A model generated the notes under the pieces. It worked only from the letters and a program-made list of their open reading frames with translations, searched no databases and had not been told where the DNA came from. DNA of 52,884 bases, counting the filler, from Circinaria calcarea (lineage: Eukaryota): the NCBI GenBank assembly GCA_051942165.1. It is 2 parts of 2 records of this genome, joined end to end, with 100 filler letters (N's around TTAATTAATTAA, not from the genome) between each part and the next. Parts side by side here need not be neighbours in the genome. Positions count along the whole stretch, not along the records: positions 1 to 26,444 come from JAVECS010000078.1; 1 more part is not named here. One strand, written 5' to 3'. Position 1 is the first letter of the stretch. Every line of letters begins with the position of its first letter. The position numbers and the translations under genes were made by a program. Of the stretch, positions 11,801 to 24,084 are shown in pieces.

Positions 11801-14800
11801 CCGTTTGACGGGTTAAACGCCGCTCGCGCCGCTTCGTAAACAAATAGACAGATTGCGTAGTTGGCGCAATACCCCAGCTACCGGACTACATACCAAGAAA
11901 TTCCAAGCTCCGCGAACTCCCAGGATATATGGAATAATGAGCAGCTTAGGTATTTGGCGCGGCAGCGAGAGGAAAAGCATGAATGCATTCCGTCTCGCGC
12001 GATACAGGGCCCGAAACCTCCGTCATGATTACAGAGTAGAGAAGAACCGAAACATTTACTGGTCCGGGACGTTTGAAAGCTGGCATCGGCGAATAAATGC
12101 TCGTATTCGGGAGCGCCGTAACGGAGCGGCGTATGCGACATTTAGGGGCACTGGGTTCATATTAATATGTGTCGAGAACGCGCGGCTCGGTGCAGTCGAG
12201 TCACTACGAGCTACGCGTATCTGTTGAAAACCCTAGACTCCATTAGTCTGCTTCATGTGTGTAGGTAGCCCGATCTATTCCTGGTTATATCTTTGACCAT
12301 TCAGCCTCCTGATATGACATATCCCCACGCCTCCTCAAGCGGCAACCACCAATCTCCTCTTCCACCTCTGACCAGACTTCCCCTCACCTACACCCTAGCC
12401 ATACGGAACCGTCGCAATCACCTGCGGGGAATGGGTCCCAGGTGCAGACCGAGCTTAATTGATGGCCCAGACATAGATCGACGCAGCATGTATGCAACCC
12501 GGATTCCGGAGGCCTTATACCATAGTAGAGGCACCCAGTTCGTATAGCCACACTAGACACCCCATATGAACGTTCCCCTAATAGTTTGTTGACGGTGAAG
12601 GATAAATAGCCTCGCGGATCTCCTGTAGGAAGGACTGCGCAAAGTTAGCATTCAATCATTCAACCCCTGCCAGTGATACTCAAAACCGGAGTAATTGCAT
12701 ATCATCTGGCCTCACCGGGCTACGACCACGCCATGCTGCGATCTCTCGCACATGATGTGCCAGTAAAGCATCCATATCCGATAACCTACAATGACTCTCA
12801 TGCCGCAATCATGTAGTCTCCAACATATTAATCGTCCACTCATCATCTCCATAGCATGCCCTTCGAGTAATCCCGCATCTCATAAACCTATTCCTTTTCC
12901 TATTCATACACGCCATTTACCCTGCAGCTCCACCACTCTTCCGCCCACCCCCCAAACCGCCGTGCCCCTCCTTGAGGCACAGAGCCATTTTTTGAAGGCA
13001 TTGCAACACCACCCCCACTCCCCGACCAACCCGTTGTACCAACATCTCCGACCATTGAAGCACCCAATCCGATCCTCATACAGGGTTATCCCACCGGCTT
13101 GATCGAAGGCAACACGACTGCCACCTGATTGTACTCAAAGGACGTTTGAAGAGAACGTATAGCACGAAACGCTGTCCAGAGGCAACCAAACATATAAAGC
13201 CAAGCAGTCGACGTCAAAAGCCATAAGCAGTCTTCGAATTATAACTGCATAAGAAACAATTGCCTAGGATTGTCAACAGCTACTGTCCATCGATAAATAG
13301 AGAATCAAAACTTACCAGGATCATTATAGTAGTGCGCGTGTAAATTAAGAATAGTTCTACGATAAACGACAGGAATTTGCGGGATGGCTGTCATACTTCG
13401 TACCAAATTCAAAACCCGCACATTTAAAATATACGAATCAACCTACTGACTGCTGCTTGCTACCAAAAGACAGATTCGCAATTGCCGATTGTCGTCTGCA
13501 AAAAACGACGCTACGCTCGGTGCAGCTTGATAGACCCCGAACATCCGACACGTTGAACAAGGCCGAGGATCGGGAGCGAAGGCAATAAAAATCAGACAAC
13601 GAGAAATATAAAATGAGGTGGTGCAGACATACCTTGGTCCAAAGCCAATTAATAAGTGCCTCCACAGAACATCGCTACCTCGACTCTTGCAGCAGATCGA
13701 GAAATCCTATAACCATTGCGTTCGCCATCCTCATGCCCGACCCTTACTATCCGAGCGCATTGAGCTGCGCGGACCCAACCGTGGGATAACACCACACGAT
13801 ATTACACATCATGTAACCCGACCGGTTCGGCCCCGGCTGAACTAGGAAAGGAAAAGAATTCAAAGACATCAATCCACAGGAACCACCGGCGGATCGAGAG
13901 CAAAATAGCGCCAAGGCCCAAAACAATGTATATCCCGAGGAAGGGATTGCAGGGCGCAGAACTGATGTTCGGGCAAGGTTAAGAAACAAAGCTGTCTAGA
14001 ATAAAGAGGCGTGAGCTTGAAAGATGCGCGGGATAAGGCCCGCGATTTAAAGGATCCCTGAAGAAGGTTTGGCATCTGAACGTATACAGTAGCATAACCA
14101 CTCGAATATCACCGGGTATGGAGCGACCTATTCCTGATGGACCATGTCTCAGCCAAAGTCGCCGATTCCGCCGCATAGCCAAATAGCTAAAGCCACTCCG
14201 AATAAAGCCAAGTCGGCGGTATTCGGAACATCAAGGAACCTACCATGTCAGTAAAGTGGAATCAAACCAACGAGACACGTCAACAATCAGAGAGCACCAA
14301 CTGCCCTTACATAGTAACCAGCAGGCGTTGATATATTAACAGATAAGGCATACCGCGAATCCCAGAGATAACGTAGCAAACAGGTGCGACGTCCATTCCT
14401 TTGTGTGGACGCAACAGTCTCACCTCCGTGCTGAAGAATAAAAGATCCAACTCCCAGTGTATCGACGGGGTAGAGTGCTCATATTCCAGTCATGTCTACC
14501 GATAGTAGAATGTAATGAAGGCTATTCAGAAAAAAAACAAGGCCCGATGGAAAGTCGCGAAAGGAGGGCGAGGAGACGCTGCTAGCTGGCAGGGACTGGG
14601 CAATAGTTTACAGTAAGCCATATTTTATTACTACAGAAGAAAACTTCAGGCATGATCTGAGGCATGATCTGCGCCAAATCCATTATACTCTGAGCCATTA
14701 AACAATCCATCAGTCATAAATGTGATTTGCAATCCGTCACACCCTACATACTTGAGACCCCTGAACAACACATGCACTGATGGGCCGGCGCCTCATGCAA

Positions 14801-15598
14801 TATAAGAAATCGATACAAATTCGGTAAAGGATAAGGATGTTGATTGGTTTCCCTTCTACCTCCCTTGCATCTGGCTAGAAATTTTGCTGCATGGAACTCA
14901 AGACGAGCTGTCATCGGAAAAATCCGATTGACACGTCAAATCTGACATAACCCTCGGAATCTGATCTAGTTGTCGAATCTGAACCACCTGGAAGATCTGA
15001 TCTTCAATTAACACTTGATAGATCAGGAAGAACCTGATGTAGCGACCCAATCTGACTCATCTGTGGAATCCATCGAGCCAGATGCCAATAAGGGAGCAAG
15101 ACCGGCACGATCAATCAGATCTAAATTTCGGCCCCCCCCCCCTGAGCACCATTCGAAAACCATACCATTCAGAAGTACTGACAATAGCTAACTCTCACCT
15201 GACTCTCCGTTGGAATCAAATACCAGTTCTAGCCTGCTCACTTCAAGCCCATTACTTCTATCAAACGAACTTCAATATACAATTGCGTGGACCATTTGTA
15301 ATCCCGACACAGCTGGAGCAATAAACCAACCACGAGCGGCTCATTCTACTGCAACTGCAGAGTCTCACCCCAGTTCTTACAACGCTACATATTACGCAGT
15401 AAAGTCGTCAATGCATCAGTGTTCCTGGCTCAAACACAACATCGTCAGCCATAGCCACCAATTTGCGACGCTCATTTCCAAACCACACTCCACAGAATTC
15501 AGTCAGCAGTCATACACGTATTGAAGTGCTTCGACTTTACCCTGATACCATACACACTGATTTCTCCCTCATATCTCCCTCACCTGAAATCCAACACC

Positions 15599-18500
15599 AT
15601 GTCTAACAAAGCCAGTGACCACTCCAAAACAGGGAAGAAGCCGACGGCCGAATTCTACGAGCAAACCTTGGCTAAAGCAGAAGGAAACGCAGAGGACATC
15701 ATGTTCGGCCTCCAGATCGATAGGCAAGAAAAGGGCGCCATTTGTAAAGACCTTGTTGCCGCGCTGGGTACCCAAGGTTTGCTGGGGAAAAGTTTCAAAG
15801 AGTCCGACAACAGAGACACCATGTGGAAGGCTGTCGAGAAGGTCATGGGGAAATACCAGGAGATCATTAGTCGAGTACCAACGCGATACAGGGACTGGTG
15901 TGACAGAGCATTTCGCGCAATGGCGAAAGCCGAAAACGCCAAGTATGCGAAAAAAGTAAAGCAAGAAAAAAAGGACGACGACACGTACGATGCAAGGAAG
16001 CGAAGACGAAGGTCACCAACATCGCCACTCTCTTTACCGCATCGCCCTTCCCCAAGCACAATCTCGAATCGATTAAGTACCATACCGAAGCGCGAATACC
16101 CAATCCTCATTCTGGAAGACGCCGACGAGGAGGAAGACCCGGATAACATGTCCTGCACAGTGGAACGCCTATTACCACCAGATGCAGACAAGAGCTCCGA
16201 TGCCACTTTCGAACAGGTTTCATGGCGACTTTTGTTAGAGAAACTCCGAATGAGAATGGCCTTCGACGAAGCCTTCCAAAAGCTAGTGTGGACAAAGCAG
16301 GGTTTATCGATTACTGTGGTGGACGACGACAGCTTGGTTGTCCGAATTAGCGACCAGTGGCGCTCCAACAACTCAATTGCTATTTTTCAGATCAAGGAAA
16401 AACGACGACGTAAGAACATCAACCAATCTATATTAGAGACGGAGCACTGACGTAGAATCTAGCGACCAAGAAGAACAAAGTGATAGAGCAATCAGCAGCA
16501 AACGTTAGCTCTCCTGGCGAAAGGGATCTGAGTCTGCACCAACAACAGCAACAGTCCCCGACCAAGCGCGTCGACATCGATGAAATGCCAGATACCCAAA
16601 CATCTAGCAACGAAGTAACCCAAGGCCAAGGCACTTCCAAGAAACAACCAAGGCAAACAGACAGTAATCAGAGCACTGATGAAAGCTCGTCCGAAAGCGA
16701 AGAACTCGATCTCGACCTCGACCTCAATCAACAACAGACGCAGCTATCGGAAGAAGAAAAGAAAGAGCTAGATGAAATCCCGCAACACGAAACGACTGAC
16801 CCGGAAGAGCTGTATGCTACTGTTCCACCGACATGAAGGAAGATTGACACTAACGTACTCGCAGAATGCAAACACTTCTACAAGGATCCAAATGTGAACA
16901 ATGTGACAGATCACAATGGCTTGAAACAGTCAAGTTTTGGGGATGGGACGACCAAATGGCTCTGAAAATACAACAGAGTCCAGATGCGTCGTACCAAATC
17001 CCAAAGATGTCGACACCGTTGAGGGGGCCACAACTGCATGCTATAGTGTGGATGCTACAGAAGGATAACGGCCCGGCATGCGGGGGATTTCTGGCCGATA
17101 GAATGGGATTTGGGAAGGTAAGAAATATTTCTATGACCATTGTATCATCACTAAACCCTTGTTCAGACTATCACCGTCCTCGGCAAGATCATAGTGAACT
17201 TGGTTACTCGCCAAGGAATGGATGCATTCCCTCAGATATCGAGGACGATCAGATTTCGGCGGTCACGCCGATCCAAAAACACGGCTGATCGGGAACGAAG
17301 AAATCGCAGCTTCCAAATGCCGGCATTACCGAAGATCAGTAGTCCCATGCCCATGCATGAAATCGTCGCCGGGGAGAGAGAGGTTAGGGACACCGGGTGC
17401 CGTGGTAATCTTCGCATCGCTGAATCTACTTGACGTTTGGGTGAAAAACTGGAAAGCGCACTGTGCAGATCAGAGTAACGAGATGGTCTTATTGATAGGC
17501 CATAATAAAAAGGTCGACGGTGTTGAAAATTTTCAAGTAAAACACGCGAAAGAATTGGTGAATGGGGACTACGGGACTTCATCGTGAACAGACAATAAAT
17601 ATGTGATATTAACAACCCATGAAAGTTATGACAGCCAGGTTGTTGCACGCTTCGCGGGTTTAAAGAAAGAAGAGAATATCAAGATCAAATCCCGAAGCTC
17701 TCGACCGTTGTCCAAAAAGGAAGTACAGGAACTCCGACAGGATGCTATGATACCATTCAAACCTTCCGCGGTATATATTAATGAGTTCCACAAACAATAT
17801 ACAGGAAGCAGAGGGTTACCAGGTCGACTAGCAAAGATGTATACGGCCGACTGGACACCTCGAATCTGGGCAATTTCCGGAACGCCTTTTGCAGATAGGC
17901 CAGCCGGGCTAAGGGGATATTTAAGTGTAATGCAGACTTCAACTTGGGCCGACCATCCCGATTTCAATCTTCTCATACCATCGAAAATCGATTCGCTGCA
18001 GAAAGATATTGACAACGCAATCGCAACAAGAAATTCAGAGGAAATAATAAGATTGGGAGGCCTGTTTGAAAAACAGGTGTTACAGCCTGTCATGATTCGG
18101 AGAAATGAAGAGTCATTATGGTTTGGCAAACCCGCGCTAAATCTACCGGCCAAATATGTTATAAACGTTGTGACACCTTACTCAAATACGTTTAGAAAGG
18201 AGATTGAGGCACTAAACCGTGAACGGCTGGCCGCCCTGAAAAAATCCCTCGACGCGTTCAATACCAGGCTTAAACCCGGTGAGACGGCCAGGAAATTGCC
18301 TACGCTGTCGAATTTCATTGAACATTCCAGGCCGCTGAGGCATATAGCCGTCTGGCCGTTTGTGGCAATAATGTTGAAAGAGGGGATGATCAAGCTAACC
18401 CTGGAAGACTTTAAGAAGCCGAGAGGGGCCGCAGAAGATTGGAAGAACCCATACGCCGAGAATATCCAAATGCTGATAAAAACGTCACCGAGATGGAGGA

Positions 18501-19068
18501 TACTGGTCGAATTGATTAAAGATCTGCCGCTAGATCCCAAAGGCAAACCCAAAAAGATCCTCATATACTCAGACCACCCAGTTACAGCTGGGATCACGTA
18601 CGAGGTAAGCAATCCACATTCTAGATGGCATTAAAAAATTCAAGCTCTAATAGAAAATAGGCATTTAAGCAACAATGGCCGGGGTCGACAGCTTTCTTCA
18701 CAAGCAAAGCAACCCCCAAGGAAAGAAAACGCCTGCGAGAATAGTTCCAGGAGGAAGTAGACGAACATGGCCGATTAAAGCATCCATACCCACCTCGCTT
18801 TTGGATTGGATCTACGGGAATGGGCGCTGAAGGATTGGACCTTCAACGAGGGAGCGTTGTAGTCCTCCTGGAACCATTTATGGATCCAAGGAACGAGGCC
18901 CAAGCAATTGGACGGGCGTGGAGAGGAGGACAAGAAGAGGAGGTGACCGTTTATAGATTGCATTGTCCGCAAGATGTTACGGAAGAGACGGTCCGTAATA
19001 AGGCGGCGAGAAGGAGTTTACTTGAGGCGTCGACTCATAGTCATACGGAATATGTAGATCTATTATAA
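15599..19068 (+). pseudogene. SNF2-family (SF2) helicase/ATPase-like gene, inactivated
   Basis: ATG 15599. Frame-consistent introns at 16410-16462, 16812-16864, 17118-17166 and 18605-18660. Motifs LRGPQLHAIVWM, GGFLADRMGFGKT (I), YINEFH (II, D>N), AISGTP (III), MIRR, KILIYS (IV), GAEGLDL (V), QAIGRAWRGGQ (VI). Lesions: frameshift about 17200-17260, TGA 17585-17587, TAG 18742-18744. Confidence 0.88.
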
Positions 19069-19314
19069 ATATAATCATTCCTAAAAATATCAACATCGCT
19101 AAGACCGTGCTTTGATCTATACCCTATGCTATGCTTCACGCTAGATTCTATATTATACTCCGAACCGGACCAAATACTATGCGATATGCTATGCCCCAAG
19201 AGATAGCCTATGCTACGCCAAATGCTGTATGCTATAATATACTCCATACCATGTAAAACGGTATATCCAGTTTTATACTAAGTGCCACGCCTTGTACTAG
19301 ACTTGAGCCAATGT

Positions 19315-19447
19315 ACTCTGAGCAATTCAAGCATTCCGAGCTATTTGAACAATCTAAGCATTCTGAGCTATCTGAACATTCTGAGCTTTCTGAACATTCT
19401 GAGCTTTCTGAGCTATCTGAATATTCTGAGCAATCTAAGCACTCCGA
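19315..19447. repeat. Degenerate 9-bp tandem repeat (TCTGAGC/TCTGAAC core, roughly 14 units)
   Basis: ...TTCTGAGCTATCTGAACATTCTGAGCTTTCTGAACATTCTGAGCTTTCTGAGCTATCTGAATATTCTGAGC... Confidence 0.8.
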
Positions 19448-20640
19448 TGCTCCCTATGCTCTCCATTATTGCAACTAGGCGATTACGAAAAGTAATTAGG
19501 AGAAGATTAATTCGCCACATATGTGAAAGTGGCAATTACTGTAGGTTCCGGGGCAGGGGAGATTCTGCATATTGTAGGGGTAAATGAGGTATTCTGCTGG
19601 ATATCTAACGGTAGGCAGCCTGTTGCTATAGGCAACACCCAATAGGGAATAACGTAGTAGTAGGCGAGTATATATCTCGCCCACACTGCGTAACTAGTTA
19701 GACAACCTTCAATGAAATAGTGGTTCCACCAATAGGTCGTGTAGTAGCACTCACCGTACTATATTCAACTTATGGCGAAGAATCAAAGGATATATGGCAT
19801 ATACTGACTGCTGCAGCTTAATGCACATATGGAGGTCACGGAGTCGCTGAAATCAATACTGCTTCTGTTTTTCCGAACTGAAATGTGGTATCCTGATAAT
19901 GCGTGTATTGCGCGAGACTGTCCTGCTTCGTGCAAATAGCAAGGACTAACTGCTACAAGTATAAGGTCTATACGAGAAATGTACATTTTATAAATTAAAA
20001 ACTACACTGATCTGCCCTGAGTACGTGTTCAATGCTGCTATGCCTGTAATGTGTAGAAATCCTAAAATAACCTCCTCCGCCTGCCATTCCACTATGTTCT
20101 ACACCCAAAGCCCCCTCCGCCTACCTAGTATGCCCTCACAACAACTGCCTATGCCAAACCAACCCATAGGATATCAGCTCCACCACAGTCCTCCCCGCTT
20201 AGTATTGTGTCTATTCCAACTCCATTCGGCCCAAAAAGCGGCGAAGAAAAAGTTCTCCAACTGATACAACCATCTGTATGGTTCCGCTGTCGGTTTTAGA
20301 CGATCAATGGCGTGCAGCCTAAATCACAGGGGCGGACTAAATCGTGACCGTATAAGAAGAGCTGGTAAATCGTTTTCCGTACCGTGCAAGTTCGTGTAAT
20401 GAGGTGGTATCAACGCCAGGAGAAGAGGAATCCAGAAAAGTGGAAGTGTGTATTCTAAAGGGCGAGAGTGGAATAACTGTGTGACGGCCGAGTCGAATGT
20501 GGCATGGTCCGGAATGGCAGAAATCGTAAACATTCGTTGAATCCAATACCTAGAACCAGGAAGCCAGGGAATTACGACAATGCTGGAGCGGAAGTGGGGC
20601 GCTCAGAGACGCGACAAACAGAGATAACTAAAAGAATTAA

Positions 20641-20714
20641 CGGAAATATACAAATTTATACCCCGAGAAGTTAAAATGTACAAATTTATACCCTATTATA
20701 CAAATTTATACCCC
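20641..20714 (+). repeat. MULE left TIR (74 bp, three TACAAATTTATACCC motifs)
   Basis: Exact reverse complement of 23987-24060. Confidence 0.97.
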
Positions 20715-20792
20715 AGCGCGCACATTGAGTAATTGACTGCGCAAACTAAACAATCAATTGCGCAAATTAAGTAATTCATTGCATTCAACTAG

Positions 20793-23672
20793 CTAAGTGT
20801 TCTTCCTGCTTCTTTTCTTGCTTGGTAGGCTAACTGATTGCAATGTAGATATTGCTCGCTGCCGTGTACGTCCTGCCACCATTGCCACTGCGCCCACCGA
20901 CTCCCTTGCCTCCGCTGCTTGCGCTTTTGCAGTTATGGCTATAAGCCTGCCGGAGCGCGTTCTTCTTGGTGTTATGATTGGCAACACTTCTTCGACACTG
21001 TCGCCCTCGTCTTCCTCCTTTTCCTGTCTCGCCTTCGCGCCTTCTACATCCACGCCCTCTGCCTCTGCCTCTGCCTCTGCCTCTGCCTCTGCCTCCGCTT
21101 CCGCCAACCCCCCATAGGCCGACCCCGGTCCCTCCACGCCTCCTATAAGCGCTCTCGCCTCCCGCCAGCCACGCGTAACCATTGCAGGCTTTGTCGGTGG
21201 ATTGAAAAGTGGTCGTCCTCTTATCATTTTGGGTGGTGGACTGGGAGTTCGAGGACGCCGAAATATCTGGCGTTGCTCTGCGGTAAGTCGATGCCATACT
21301 CGATTTGCGCATATTAACCTCTTATGCCAGGCCTCCTCCGCCATTCGGTCTGGACTCACTTCTTTTGCCAGTCGGTGTCGCGCAATCAAGGCCCCGAAAT
21401 GCCTATTATCATAACCATCCATTTCCTTGAGCCCTTCTAGCATATCTGCTTCCTCTGGGTCCTCCGCTAACGCTAATCGCAGGTCTCTCTCCTCGTCTTC
21501 GCGATCTTCCGCCGCCGCCGCTTCCTCAGCCTCCCATCTCGCCACCTTATCGAGGGCATCGATTTCTTCGCCTTCGTTGTCGGTTTCTTCGTTAGTGGAT
21601 GCCTGCTCAGGCCGTGGATACTGCGGGGGAGAAGCCGGAAGAACACTGGAGGTAGAGGAAGCAAGTTGCCCAGTAATCAGCTGTAGCTCCTGCTGCTGCT
21701 GAGTTTGCGCCTGCGCCTCCACTACCTTCCGTGCAGATAAGTCCTTCCGTTCCTTGCCTTTTGGAGTCCTACTAACTACCTCAGGATCAATAGGATCCGA
21801 GAAGCCGTTCCATTCATAGAGTGGCCCGCCGTCCTCACTACTCCTTCCTTCACTACTACTACCCTCTCCTTCGCTGTCGCTTTCCTCCGCGCTGCTGCCG
21901 GTCGTCTCGCTGGACTCCTCGGAGTCTAAGGCGTTAAACGCAGGAGGTAGACCACTGCCATCACATGTTCGTTTGTTATGATTTGCGCTTCTGCAGAGCG
22001 AGCAATGCCTGGCCTTCTTAAAGGTCTTATGTAAGAGTTCTTCTCTCCGGATACGTCTTTTCTTGTTCCGTCCTTTCTTCTTGCGGGTTAAGAATGGAGC
22101 AAGGCAATTATCACTAAGTGGTATGTCATCTATTCTGATTGGAGGAAGCGCACTTTCGTATGTATTTCGGTATTCGTCCAATTGATAGACAATGCTAACA
22201 TATTCCTCCGGTTCTAGGTTATTCTCCTTACATACTGCGATCGCATGTTTGCAAGGCACCCTGTTATCCTGGAACTCTAGGCAAGTACAGGTATATTCCT
22301 CCATATTGACGATATGCTGACCGCCGCTCGGAGCTTCTACTACTGCTCGTTTTAAGGTAGAAGACTTTACCCGGTATCTGGCAGAAGCCTGCTTTTCTTC
22401 TTCCAGCCATTTAGTGGCCAGATCAGTAAGTCGGTTGTTTTGAAACCTCTTTCCACGTCGTTCAAAGAACTGATTCATAATATAGTTCCAAATCCACGCC
22501 ATTGATGCCACTGCCGGCAAGTCTCTTGCTGGCAACCATGATTTGTTTACTGATTCTTGTATATTCGAGGTGAACTGGCCGTAGCGTGGCCTGGGAAAAG
22601 CATACAATACCCAACGATTTGGCTCAATATTCTCCAGGTAAGCTTGAGCTTCTGCTTTTTGTTTACCAATTTCTTTAATGCATATCTTGAAAGATGCCTC
22701 CGTCTTTGAATACGCTGCTGACCTTGTCAAAGCTTCTAGTTTTGTTCCGTATTCATTGCGAACGTTCTGGCCGATATGGAATACGCAATGACCATGTGCG
22801 GCGTATGGAAAGACCTTTGGTACGGCCCCCGCAAGTCCTTTATCACGGTCACTAATCACGACAGCATCATCTTTGTTCATACCGGGTAAGAATGGTTTAA
22901 TACCCCGGAGGAACCAGCTCCAATTCTTCTTGTTTTCGCCGCAGCAAAGACACCAAGCTATAGGTATGATCTGCCCATTCCCGTCAAGCGTACTAATCAC
23001 CAATAGGGTCATTCTATACTGCCCGGTGCAGAACGTTCCGTCCAATGCCACGAAATTGCGACAATGTCTGAATGCTCGCTCGGTTGCCATTGGCAAAATC
23101 CAGCAACGTTTAAAACGTCTAGATACTGGATCCGTATCTAATTCGGAATAGCAACCTCTTTCCCCTCGAGTGTTGCCTTGCATTGCTAACAAAAGTCCAG
23201 GGATCTTCTGGAATGCCTCCGTTTCGTTACCAAATTCTTCATGTCGAATTAGGTCTCTGGCACGGCGTTCCGAATGATACGGGACCTTACTTCCACGGGT
23301 TTGCTTTTCCTTGGCCTGTAATACTTTAATAGCAACCTTAGGGTCTGCGGCGACAGCGGCTATGGAATGCCTATTACTGGCAAGCAGCTTAACATTCCGC
23401 GCTTTTTTGTTATTGTTATGTGTCGATGGCTTGCATGTATGGGGGTCAAATACGGTGAGTTTACCTCTTCCATCTTTCTGTTCTTGGATTCTAATACGGA
23501 AGTTACAATGCTGGGCTTCTTGTGCAGGACATATGACGATCCAGCACCTCCGCTTTTTGTCAGTCTTGTAAGACTTCCACGTCTGGCCACGCCGAACCAT
23601 CCACTCAGACATAACTGTCTTTCCTTCCGCTAAAGTCTCGAATATATGCCCTTCCTGGTATTGCACCGCCAT
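20793..23672 (-). CDS. MULE/MuDR-family DDE transposase with SWIM and CCHC zinc fingers, 959 aa
   Basis: N-terminal C...C...HTC; catalytic ALDGTF, VISDRDKGL, CVFH, TSNIQESVN; SWIM CTCLEFQDNRVPCKH; knuckle CSLCRSANHNKRTC; long acidic C-terminal tail. Confidence 0.96.
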   Translation of the reverse strand: MAVQYQEGHIFETLAEGKTVMSEWMVRRGQTWKSYKTDKKRRCWIVICPAQEAQHCNFRIRIQEQKDGRGKLTVFDPHTCKPSTHNNNKKARNVKLLASNRHSIAAVAADPKVAIKVLQAKEKQTRGSKVPYHSERRARDLIRHEEFGNETEAFQKIPGLLLAMQGNTRGERGCYSELDTDPVSRRFKRCWILPMATERAFRHCRNFVALDGTFCTGQYRMTLLVISTLDGNGQIIPIAWCLCCGENKKNWSWFLRGIKPFLPGMNKDDAVVISDRDKGLAGAVPKVFPYAAHGHCVFHIGQNVRNEYGTKLEALTRSAAYSKTEASFKICIKEIGKQKAEAQAYLENIEPNRWVLYAFPRPRYGQFTSNIQESVNKSWLPARDLPAVASMAWIWNYIMNQFFERRGKRFQNNRLTDLATKWLEEEKQASARYRVKSSTLKRAVVEAPSGGQHIVNMEEYTCTCLEFQDNRVPCKHAIAVCKENNLEPEEYVSIVYQLDEYRNTYESALPPIRIDDIPLSDNCLAPFLTRKKKGRNKKRRIRREELLHKTFKKARHCSLCRSANHNKRTCDGSGLPPAFNALDSEESSETTGSSAEESDSEGEGSSSEGRSSEDGGPLYEWNGFSDPIDPEVVSRTPKGKERKDLSARKVVEAQAQTQQQQELQLITGQLASSTSSVLPASPPQYPRPEQASTNEETDNEGEEIDALDKVARWEAEEAAAAEDREDEERDLRLALAEDPEEADMLEGLKEMDGYDNRHFGALIARHRLAKEVSPDRMAEEAWHKRLICANRVWHRLTAEQRQIFRRPRTPSPPPKMIRGRPLFNPPTKPAMVTRGWREARALIGGVEGPGSAYGGLAEAEAEAEAEAEAEAEGVDVEGAKARQEKEEDEGDSVEEVLPIITPRRTRSGRLIAITAKAQAAEARESVGAVAMVAGRTRQRAISTLQSVSLPSKKRSRKNT
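21056..21105. repeat. (GCCTCT)n hexanucleotide microsatellite encoding an (AE)n tract
   Basis: CCTCTGCCTCTGCCTCT... translates on minus as AEAEAEAEAEAEAE. Confidence 0.9.
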
Positions 23673-23986
23673 TTCGATATACGCAAAGGAGTTGATTGGC
23701 GGTGGGTGGGTGGATGAGTGGATGGAATAAAGCTACGAGGTGGCAGGAAAGCTACGGGGGATGGCATAGTTATGAGGAAACAGTTACTACGCAATTCGAG
23801 GGGTCAATTCAATGCAGGGAAACCGTGGAATATGCAGCTAGTTTACTAATTGCAGATTATTGAATTATATTTGTTACATCGCGCGTTTTCCCCACTGTAG
23901 TATAAATAATGCTTGATAATATATATTAATACAAATAACAACAGGTTAAATATTCGAATCACGATTAAATTTTAATTTTAATCGGC

Positions 23987-24060
23987 GGGGTATAAATTTG
24001 TATAATAGGGTATAAATTTGTACATTTTAACTTCTCGGGGTATAAATTTGTATATTTCCG
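23987..24060 (-). repeat. MULE right TIR
   Basis: GGGGTATAAATTTG...TATATTTCCG followed by TSD AAGAATTAA. Confidence 0.97.
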
Positions 24061-24084
24061 AAGAATTAATGATTGATAGCACCA

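Larger units (their letters stand above)
20641..24060 (-). mobile_element. Intact, structurally autonomous Mutator-like (MULE) DNA transposon, 3420 bp
   Basis: Perfect 74-bp TIRs at 20641-20714 and 23987-24060, identical 9-bp TSD AAGAATTAA at 20632-20640 and 24061-24069, single uninterrupted transposase ORF inside. Confidence 0.97.

Noticed and set aside
12680..12785. Minus-strand peptide ...AAWRGRSPVRPDDMQLLRF resembling a histone H3 C-terminal helix
   Set aside because: Only about 35 aa, ends in a stop, no upstream histone fold, and another frame looks equally plausible.
20797..23633. Overlapping and antisense ORFs within the transposase, and likewise within the PKS, MFS, P450 and GH13 genes
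   Set aside because: Shadow frames of real genes or of microsatellites, with no independent motifs.
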